Part shown: piece by piece, positions 37,748 through 45,087 of the stretch | Position numbering within the stretch: position 1 is the stretch's first letter | Layout: every line of letters starts with the position of its first letter | Source: Myxococcaceae bacterium | Lineage (GTDB): Bacteria > Myxococcota > Myxococcia > Myxococcales > Myxococcaceae | DNA: 64,000 nucleotides | Assembly (NCBI GenBank): GCA_016793725.1 | Contig: JAEUJP010000398.1 | Location: forward strand, 240 to 64,239 | Reading direction: 5' to 3' | The notes under the pieces: model-generated | The model's input: the letters and a program-made list of their open reading frames with translations, nothing else | Database searches by the model: none | What the model was told of the DNA's origin: nothing | Program-made: the position numbers and the translations under genes

Positions 37748-39490
37748 CTAGAGGCCCCTCCGCAGCTCGGGCTGCATCAGGAGCTTCTTGATGAACGGCC
37801 TGAGCTTGCGGTCGCCGGCGACGAGCTCGGCGGCGAGCTTGTCGATGTAGAGCTTCTCGGCGGCGGGGTCCAAGTCGCGGCCGACGAAGTGCGCATAGAG
37901 GCGGCGCGCGGCGCAGCGGTCGAGCTCGCCCGACTTCACGAGAATTTTGCCGAACCCGAGCGGGCCCATCGTGCCGTCGCCGTGCTCGCCGAGCAGCGTG
38001 TACGACTGGGGCATGGTGTCGAGCAGCACGGCCTCGGGGTTCGCGGTCACCTGCGCCGCGGTCACGGGCGTCATCAGCGTGTCGGGCCGAAACGCGACCT
38101 TCCACCGGTAGCCGGGGCCGGCGCTCTCGGGGCCGTGCGGGTACTGGCCCGACAGCCACGCGGCGGTGGTGCGGAAGCGGCCGACGCCGCCCATGAATGG
38201 CCACGGCACGTAGTAGCTCTCGGCGCCGAAGTCCCACCGCTTGAAGAAGATGGCGGCGGGGTCGAGCGTCTGGTGGCAGTGCATGCACGTGCCGCCCTTC
38301 GCCGGGTCGTCGACGTACGGAGGAAACTGCACCGACGCCGGCGGCGGCGAGAAGCTGGCGCAGGCGAACGTCTCGAGGAAGCGCGCCGCGCGCACGCGCT
38401 CGCGGGGAAACGAAGAGAGCGAGCCGATCATGGTGAGCACGCCGGCGCTGGGCAGACCTTCGGGCGGCTGCGTCGTGGTGCGCGGGTCGAACTGGTAGTC
38501 GCGCGAGCGGCGGAAGAACGGGTTCAGGTCTTCGACGACGAACTCGCGCCACGCCTGCGGGTCGTTCGCGGTCGGGTGCATGGGGTCGCGCGGCGAGGTG
38601 TCGGCGGCCGGCTTCCACCACGTGGTGTTCATGTCGCTGACGGCGCTGCCCTGCTGCCGGCCCTGGCGCACGTAGAGGGCGCGCAGCCAGTTCGTGCCGA
38701 CCGAGTAGTTGCCGGTCACGAGGTCCGACAGCGGGCGGTCGTGCCACGCGAGGTGGGCGAAGAGGCGCGCGGGCTCTTCGTACGGGTGGCGGCGCTGGGC
38801 GCGGAAGAGGTCGTGGTTGCTGCCGCCGCCGAGGCCCGAGAGCGGCGAGCACCAGACGAGGTTGGTGCCGCAGCCGCAGCCGTCGGCGAGCGCGGGGTCG
38901 TAGTAGCCGCCCTCGGCGAGGCCACAGTCGCGCATGCCGTTCATGGTCGGCACCTGGCGAACGTTCGAGCCCGCGGTGCCGACGACCGAGACCATCGTGC
39001 CGGGCGCCCACCACGGCTCGTGCATCGTCGTCGGCGCGGCGGCGTCGTTGCACACCATCTGTTGCCAGTTGCCGTAGAGCTTGCCGGCGTGCGTGGTGTT
39101 GGCGCCGCACGTGAAGAGGTGGCCCGACATGTCGCCCTGGTAGGCATCGCCCTGCGCGCCGGTGGTGTACGCGCCGATGCCGAGCCACTCGTGGCCGAAC
39201 TTCACCATGCGCTCGTAGAACTTCGGGCTCTGCAGTGCGGTGTCGACGGCCTGGCTGATCAGCGCTTCTTTCGCGGCGTCGTCGGGCGCGGCGACGAGCG
39301 CCTCGTACTGCTCGGCGGTGGGCGTGGTGCCGGTGAGCGCGAGGGTCACGCGGCGCAGCATGCGCGTGTGGCTGATGCGGTCTTTCGTGTCGACGGCCGG
39401 GTTCGTCGGCGTCGGGGGCGCGCACTGCGGTGCCTGTGCGCGGGCGGCGAAGCTCGAGCAGAGGGCCGCGACGAGGGTGAGGCGGAGCAT
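37748..39490 (-). CDS. Secreted DUF1549/DUF1585-like protein with CxxCH motif
   Basis: Signal peptide MLRLTLVAALCSSFAARAQA. RMLRRVTLALTGTTPTAEQYEAL, and GGTCMHCHQTLDPAAIFF. Confidence 0.8.
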   Translation of the reverse strand: MLRLTLVAALCSSFAARAQAPQCAPPTPTNPAVDTKDRISHTRMLRRVTLALTGTTPTAEQYEALVAAPDDAAKEALISQAVDTALQSPKFYERMVKFGHEWLGIGAYTTGAQGDAYQGDMSGHLFTCGANTTHAGKLYGNWQQMVCNDAAAPTTMHEPWWAPGTMVSVVGTAGSNVRQVPTMNGMRDCGLAEGGYYDPALADGCGCGTNLVWCSPLSGLGGGSNHDLFRAQRRHPYEEPARLFAHLAWHDRPLSDLVTGNYSVGTNWLRALYVRQGRQQGSAVSDMNTTWWKPAADTSPRDPMHPTANDPQAWREFVVEDLNPFFRRSRDYQFDPRTTTQPPEGLPSAGVLTMIGSLSSFPRERVRAARFLETFACASFSPPPASVQFPPYVDDPAKGGTCMHCHQTLDPAAIFFKRWDFGAESYYVPWPFMGGVGRFRTTAAWLSGQYPHGPESAGPGYRWKVAFRPDTLMTPVTAAQVTANPEAVLLDTMPQSYTLLGEHGDGTMGPLGFGKILVKSGELDRCAARRLYAHFVGRDLDPAAEKLYIDKLAAELVAGDRKLRPFIKKLLMQPELRRGL

Positions 39491-39562
39491 GGCGGTGGTT
39501 TGAGCAAGGCCTGCGCCCGGCCCGAACGCTCGTTAAAGCGGGTGGTTACGGCGCTGCTGCGC

Positions 39563-39607
39563 GGTGGGGGTGAGGGGTGGCCGCCCCCCTCTTTCCCCTC
39601 ACTCTTC
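39563..39607. repeat. REP-like palindromic element, third copy
   Basis: ggtgggggtgaggggtggccgcccccctctttcccctcactcttcc shares the GGGGTGAGGGG / CCCTCT..CCCCTCAC cores with 2426-2611. Intergenic. Confidence 0.5.
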
Positions 39608-39822
39608 CGTCAGATCCGGCCCAGAGCGGCCTAGAGCCGGCAAAGAAGCAAAGACTCGTCTTTCGACTGGAGCCGCTCCGTGCGTGCAGCCCTCTTGGCG
39701 TTCGTCTCGCCGGTGGTGCCGGCGGTCGACGCGACGTACGTGTACTTCGCGGGGGTCTGGGGTTCGGCGACTCCAAGATCTACCGCGTCGCGAAGTGATG
39801 CCTGTGCCATAGACTCGCCGCG

Positions 39823-40935
39823 ATGCCGCCGCGCGCCGCCTCGCTCTGGCTCGCCCTCACCGCGCTGACGACGGGCTGCCTCGACTGGGAGTCGCTCTCG
39901 CGCCTCGGCGGCACCATGAACGTGCCGCACCTGCCGCCCGACGGTCAGTTCGCCGGCAGCGCAGACCTCACGCTCGGCTCCGTCGTCGTCGACACGAGCG
40001 TGCCCGAGGTGCGCGGCCTGGCGCTGCCGAGCGGCGTGACGTTCGCCGTGCGGCCACACGAGCCGTTCGGGCCCGAGCTCGCGGTGCTGCACGTGCGCGG
40101 GCTCACGGTGTCGGCCGGCGCCGTCGTGCGAGTCATCGGCTCGCGGCCGCTGGTGGTGGTGGCGGGCACCGACATCGAGGTCAGCGGCGTGCTCGACGCG
40201 AGCGGCCGCGGCGACGAGCCGGGCGCGGGCGCGGCGCAGACGCGCGGCGCGGGCGAAGACGGCCGCAACGACCCGACGCTCACCACGGGCGGCGGCGGCG
40301 CAGGGCACTCGGCGGTCGGAGCAGGAGGCAGCAACGCCTCGGCGACGCTCGGCGGTGAAGGAGGCGCGACGTACGGCGACGCCGAGCTGAGCGTGCTGAG
40401 CGGCGGCTCGAAGGGCGGCATCGGGTGGTTCGACCTCTGCGCGCCGCAGCAGGGCGGAGCGGGTGGCGGCGCGGTGCAGCTGTTCGCGGCCGGGGCAGTG
40501 CGCATTCGAGATGGCGGCGGTGTGAACGCGGGCGGAGGCGGTGGGCGCGGCGGCGTCATCTGCAACACGGCGGCAGCGGGCAGCGGCGGCGGCTCGGGCG
40601 GAGCCATCTTCGTGCAGGCGAACGAGGTGCAGGTGCGCGGCGTGCTCGCGGCGAACGGCGGCGGTGGCGGCAGCGGCACGACGGCGTGCGGCGGCGTGCA
40701 CGAAGACGGCGCAGCAGGTGAAGACGGCACGCTCGGAGCGGCGCCGGCGCGGGGCGGAGTGTCAGCGGGCTGCGGCTCGGCGGTCGGCGGCAGCGGCGGC
40801 TCGCTGCAGGGCGCGGCGCTCGGCGGGCCGATGACGAACGGGGCGGGCGGTGGTGGTGGCGGCGCGCCGGGGCGCATTCGAATCGTGAGCGCGGTGGCGG
40901 CGGTGCTCGACGGTGTGGTCAGCCCGGCGCCTTGA
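39823..40935 (+). CDS. Glycine-rich lipoprotein (beta-helix-like)
   Basis: Lipobox LTALTTGC, then repeated GGGG(A/S)G... segments separated by short beta-like strands (AVQLFAAGAVRI, AIFVQANEVQV, RIRIVSA). Confidence 0.65.
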   Translation: MPPRAASLWLALTALTTGCLDWESLSRLGGTMNVPHLPPDGQFAGSADLTLGSVVVDTSVPEVRGLALPSGVTFAVRPHEPFGPELAVLHVRGLTVSAGAVVRVIGSRPLVVVAGTDIEVSGVLDASGRGDEPGAGAAQTRGAGEDGRNDPTLTTGGGGAGHSAVGAGGSNASATLGGEGGATYGDAELSVLSGGSKGGIGWFDLCAPQQGGAGGGAVQLFAAGAVRIRDGGGVNAGGGGGRGGVICNTAAAGSGGGSGGAIFVQANEVQVRGVLAANGGGGGSGTTACGGVHEDGAAGEDGTLGAAPARGGVSAGCGSAVGGSGGSLQGAALGGPMTNGAGGGGGGAPGRIRIVSAVAAVLDGVVSPAP

Positions 40936-41238
40936 GCGCAGCGGCAAGGGCGCTCGCTGCAGACGTGGGATGTCTGCGGTCGCGAGAGGCTCACGGTTCG
41001 CGGTCAGGCATCTGTTGGCGCGCGAGCGTCTCACCGCTTCGACCTTCGGCCGCGATCGTCGCGAGGTGCTCGTTCGAACTCTCGATGCGATACGCGGGAA
41101 GGCGGCAGAATCAGCGATGAATCGCTCGAGCGTCTCGTCAGCGCCCCCGAGGCGAATGCGCAGCGACGCGTCCACGAGCCGAGTCTAGGCGCACCGCACG
41201 CCGCAGGCTCGCAGCCGACCGGGCGGAGGGGGCGGGCA

Positions 41239-41307
41239 GCTCCAAGTTTCGTGCGGTACTTACTGAAGGCCGCGGCGGCGAATGAAGTACCGCACGAAAC
41301 TTGGAGC
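41239..41307. repeat. Perfect 23-bp inverted repeat with 23-nt loop
   Basis: gctccaagtttcgtgcggtactt (41239-41261) pairs perfectly with aagtaccgcacgaaacttggagc (41285-41307). Confidence 0.85.
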
Positions 41308-41473
41308 GCAGTGATCCGCTCGCCCCAAAGCTCCCTCGGAGCGCACAAGCCGGCAGCCGTCGCGCGCTGGCCGTCGCGTCGTGCGCGGGCAGGTCAGCCC
41401 GAAGGGCGGCTTTAGCCGCGCCGCCAGGCGCTGACCGGAGCAGGCCCGCCGGTCGAAGTACGGCGCGTGCCCT

Positions 41474-41489
41474 GAGACATATGTCTCAC
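41474..41489. promoter_or_regulatory. 16-bp perfect palindrome, candidate operator
   Basis: TGAGACATATGTCTCA, 50 nt upstream of the ATG at 41539. Confidence 0.45.
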
Positions 41490-41538
41490 TTCCGGTCGAT
41501 TCGCGGGAGCGCCGCCGCGCTCGCACGAAAACTCCCGC

Positions 41539-42687
41539 ATGACCGTCACCGTTCGAGGCAACGCTCCCGTTTCACCGCACCGCGACGCAACGAAGACCTA
41601 CGTCACCGACCGCAACGTCGCGAACCTCGCGAAGCTCGGCATCGGCGGCGACACGCTGACCATGGCGAAGCGCGGCGACGAGCTGCTCGACCCGGCCGCC
41701 GTCGGGGGCACTCCGCGGCCAGACGGCACCCTGCACCTCTTCGAGCTCGACCGCCTCGACAAGCCGGCCAACAAGGCCGCCCTCTTCCCCAACGAGGCCG
41801 GCGCCGTCTCGACCGTGCACCAGCTGTTCGAGGTTCCCGACGCGACGCAGGCCACCCTCGCGCCGCTCGACACGCTCGCCTACAAGCTCGAGCGCACGCT
41901 CACGCACGCGGCCGTCACCAACGTGCAGATTTCGTCGCTCGCGACGCCCGAGATGCGCACCGCCGCACAGCGCGTACAGCTGGTGAAGAACTCCGACGCC
42001 GACGCGAGCACGGTCACCCGCGAAGACGTTCAGTGGGCGCTCTCGCCGGCCAACGTCGGCGCGTTCACCGGCCAGACGCGGGCCGAGCTCGAGAAGGTGC
42101 TCGCCGTGTTCCACGACGACCTCTACGCCGAGAAGGTCATCGGCGTGCTGCCGCCCGCCACCCAGAAGCGCCCCATCGTCGAGGCGAGCGGCGTGAAGGT
42201 GTCGGTCGACACCCGCATCGGCTTTCGCACGGGCCGGCCGCACCCCGACAACGGCCGCAGCTACACGTGGCGGCCCGAGGTCGCCGAGCGCTTCATCAGC
42301 GTCGAAGCCCCGGTCGGCTACAAGGTGTTCGTGAAGACGGTCGCGACGGCGGGCGCGGGCGCGCAGAACCAGGAGGCGGTCATCGACGGCAACGGCGCGT
42401 CGCAGCGCGCGCTCATCGAGCCGTCGCTGTTCGACGGCGCCACGAGCGTCTGGGTTCAGATTCACGACCCCATCGGCGCGCTGGTGCGCAACGTGCGCGT
42501 CGCGCTGCCCAAGCACGAGCTGCCGGCGATGAACACGCCGGCGGGCCTGAGCGGCCGCCGCGTCGAAGAGTGGCGAGACCTCGCCGGCACCGTGATTCCA
42601 CACAAGGCCAACGGCGACCACGGCATCGCCGGGTACAGCCTCGACGGCCACCCGCACCTGTTCGCGCGAGAAGCCGTCGTCGTCTGA
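41539..42687 (+). CDS. Hypothetical protein, no signal peptide, no recognised family
   Basis: 382-aa ORF with balanced, protein-like composition, unlike the Arg/Ala-rich shadow ORFs overlapping it. Confidence 0.7.
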   Translation: MTVTVRGNAPVSPHRDATKTYVTDRNVANLAKLGIGGDTLTMAKRGDELLDPAAVGGTPRPDGTLHLFELDRLDKPANKAALFPNEAGAVSTVHQLFEVPDATQATLAPLDTLAYKLERTLTHAAVTNVQISSLATPEMRTAAQRVQLVKNSDADASTVTREDVQWALSPANVGAFTGQTRAELEKVLAVFHDDLYAEKVIGVLPPATQKRPIVEASGVKVSVDTRIGFRTGRPHPDNGRSYTWRPEVAERFISVEAPVGYKVFVKTVATAGAGAQNQEAVIDGNGASQRALIEPSLFDGATSVWVQIHDPIGALVRNVRVALPKHELPAMNTPAGLSGRRVEEWRDLAGTVIPHKANGDHGIAGYSLDGHPHLFAREAVVV

Positions 42688-42752
42688 CGTACGTGGTCTC
42701 CACGATGGCGACCCTCGAGCGGTGAGCGCACGTTCTCTCGTGAGGTGTCACC

Positions 42753-43919
42753 ATGAGAGCGCGCGAACTTTCGATCGTCGGTTGTCTGATGCTGTCGTCG
42801 GTGTGCCCAGCACCTACCGGCGCCGCCGCAGCGAGCGCGCCAGCGTCGCCTTTCGCCGGTTGTGTCGCCAACGCACAGCTAAAGGTCGAGCCCATGTCGC
42901 CGAGCGCGTTGACCGACAAGCTGGTGCAGAAGTGCTCGCGCTCTTCGTTGGCGTTCACGCTGCGAGGGTCGAATCGCCTGCGCGAGGGCCAGCCCGATGG
43001 GGCTCGTGACGACTTCAAGAAGGCGCTGGCGCTCGACGCGGAGTGGAACGCGGAGACGAAAGCGCGCGTGCGTGCGCTCTACGAGGGTCTGGTCGCGGCA
43101 GCTCCAGCCGGCTCACAAGAAGCGGGCGCCACCTCATCGGCTGCGCGACCCAGCGCCCCGTCGGGTGAAGCGGCCGCGGTCTCGCTCGCGGCGCGCCCGA
43201 ATACGCCGTCGACCGAGTCGGCCGCGGTCTCGCTCGCGAGCGCTGAACGCTCGGCCATGGCGGTACCCGCCGGCGTCGACCCTCGTGCCTGGGCGATGTT
43301 CGAGAACTTCTGGGGGTTCGCGGGCGCGCTGGGAGAGTTCGGCCAGGGTCTCGCCAACGGAGGCGACGGGACGATGTGGATTCCCGGGCTCACTGGCGGG
43401 AGCGGCGGCGGCACACGGCCCACGGGCCCTTCCGGCTCCGGAAGCTACTCTGGGCCAACGTTCGTCACGCCGCAGCCACAGTCTGTGGCCCAGACCGAAG
43501 CGCAGTGTCGCGCGAACGCGATTCATGACTGCAACGCCGCTAACCGAGCCGTTCAGCAAGAGTGGAACAGCTGCATCGCGGGCTGTGGCGACGACACGAC
43601 GTGCACCGCGAGATGTGACCAGGTGTGGATCGACAGACAAGAGCTCGAGGTGATGCCCGAATGTGCACGGCGAAAGGCCGCGTGTCGGCCGATGCTCTCG
43701 GGCGCGCCACCTGCTTCGCCGACGACCGTGGCGGCGCGAATGTCCACACGAAGCGCAGCGACTCCGCAGGCGACGTGCGGGCGATTCAAAGACCAGACAG
43801 TCTGCCGCATGCTCGTCGGCTGCGGCTGGTGCGCCCAGTCGAGCCAGTGCCTCTCGGGCGTACTGACCCGGCCCGAGACCGGGAGCTGCCCGCGCAGCCA
43901 ATGGAAGTACGGCCCCTGA
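42753..43919 (+). CDS. Secreted or lipoprotein with low-complexity centre and C-terminal Cys-rich region including a PSI-like module
   Basis: N-terminus MRARELSIVGCLMLSSVC. C-terminus ...TCGRFKDQTVCRMLVGCGWCAQSSQCLSG...GSCP. Confidence 0.7.
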   Translation: MRARELSIVGCLMLSSVCPAPTGAAAASAPASPFAGCVANAQLKVEPMSPSALTDKLVQKCSRSSLAFTLRGSNRLREGQPDGARDDFKKALALDAEWNAETKARVRALYEGLVAAAPAGSQEAGATSSAARPSAPSGEAAAVSLAARPNTPSTESAAVSLASAERSAMAVPAGVDPRAWAMFENFWGFAGALGEFGQGLANGGDGTMWIPGLTGGSGGGTRPTGPSGSGSYSGPTFVTPQPQSVAQTEAQCRANAIHDCNAANRAVQQEWNSCIAGCGDDTTCTARCDQVWIDRQELEVMPECARRKAACRPMLSGAPPASPTTVAARMSTRSAATPQATCGRFKDQTVCRMLVGCGWCAQSSQCLSGVLTRPETGSCPRSQWKYGP

Positions 43920-44182
43920 GCGAAAGTGTGGGGTGAGAGGGGGCCCGGCGCTGCCGCGCCTGGTTCTGGGGCGGCGGGCACCTGTCGTTCATGCGGCTCA
44001 TCACGGCCCGCGAGTGCTCGGTGGCGCGGGGCATGGGCGCGGTGATGTTCCGGGCCTCGGGCTCGGCCGAGGTCTGGCTCTACCGCCCGTGAGTCTCTGA
44101 CTCCCGGCCGGAGCATCGACGCTCCACCTGCGAGAAGTCGCGGAGGTGGCGGGGGCACGCCGATTGCCTCAGGCTCACGCCC

Positions 44183-45070
44183 GTGATGCGGGGGCTCATC
44201 GTCGCCGTGCTGTGTTCTGGCTGCGCGGGAGCGACGGTCTCGCGCTCCGTGATGTCGGGGCTGCCGCCGCTCCCGACGGCGCAGGTGTCGCCCGACGAAT
44301 GGCTGGCGGCGTTCGCGGGCTCGCAGATTTCGCCGGCCCACCAGCTCCGCACCGACACCGACACGGGCGTGCAGGTCTCGGCGGCTCAGCCTGAGGCGGG
44401 CATGCTGTTTCTCACCGCGGGCAAGTGGCTGCTCGTCGGAGCATCGCTCTACGGCGCGTACTCCGAATGGGTGCGGCCGTCGACGCCCCGCCAGATCGAC
44501 ATCAAAGACAGCTTCATGTTCGGCGCCCGCTCGCGCATCGCGTTTCGCGGCCACTTTCACCCGAACGCGGGCGTCATCGTCTCGCTGGAGCCCGGCCTCG
44601 AGCTGCTGCCGATGGCCGAGGTGGTGGCCGGCCGCATCGCCTTCACCTCGCTTCACATGCTGCCGACGCTGGGCGGCTCGCTGGTGCCGTACTACGAGAC
44701 GTCACGGCTCCGGCTGTTCGCGGGCGCGAGCGCGAGCACGATGCCCGCCATCACGGCGACCGGGGTGGTGACCGCGGGGTGTGGCGGTGCCTCGTGCTCG
44801 GGCGGTGCCCTCGGCGTCACCTTCCGCGTCGCCGTGCAGGCCGGCATCAAGGTCAACCTGCCCGAAGGTTTTGCGCTCAGCGCGACGGCGACGGTGCCCA
44901 TCGACACCGTGCTGCCGAACCTGCTGCCGATGGTGGCCCTGGCGCTGAGCTACCAGCGCGCGCAGCCCGTGCCCGACCCGCCCGAGCCGCAGCCCGCCCC
45001 ACTTCCTCCGCCGCCGCCCGCGTGGCCGGTCGAGCAGCCCGAAGCCCCGCTCCCGCCGCCGACGCTCTAG
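44183..45070 (+). CDS. Lipoprotein with Pro-rich C-terminal tail
   Basis: MMRGLIVAVLCSGCAG lipobox. Tail PVPDPPEPQPAPLPPPPPAWPVEQPEAPLPPPTL. Confidence 0.7.
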   Translation: MMRGLIVAVLCSGCAGATVSRSVMSGLPPLPTAQVSPDEWLAAFAGSQISPAHQLRTDTDTGVQVSAAQPEAGMLFLTAGKWLLVGASLYGAYSEWVRPSTPRQIDIKDSFMFGARSRIAFRGHFHPNAGVIVSLEPGLELLPMAEVVAGRIAFTSLHMLPTLGGSLVPYYETSRLRLFAGASASTMPAITATGVVTAGCGGASCSGGALGVTFRVAVQAGIKVNLPEGFALSATATVPIDTVLPNLLPMVALALSYQRAQPVPDPPEPQPAPLPPPPPAWPVEQPEAPLPPPTL

Positions 45071-45087
45071 AGCGCGTCTTTCGCGGC

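Noticed and set aside
36716-39634. 972-aa plus-strand ORF, one of several very long ORFs (for example 44425..47388, 53048..54934, 54718..56667, 8103..9875, 12543..14039, 14741..16909, 3583..5142).
   Set aside because: These run antisense or out of frame to genes with clear motifs. Their translations are dominated by Arg, Ala, Gly and Pro with no motifs. They are typical shadow ORFs of a ~70% GC genome, where stop codons are rare.
43991-44092. 33-aa ORF MRLITARECSVARGMGAVMFRASGSAEVWLYRP with high GC3, faintly excisionase/HTH-like.
   Set aside because: It is too short for a complete HTH domain, has no ribosome-binding site or context (no integrase or phage genes), and the resemblance is weak.
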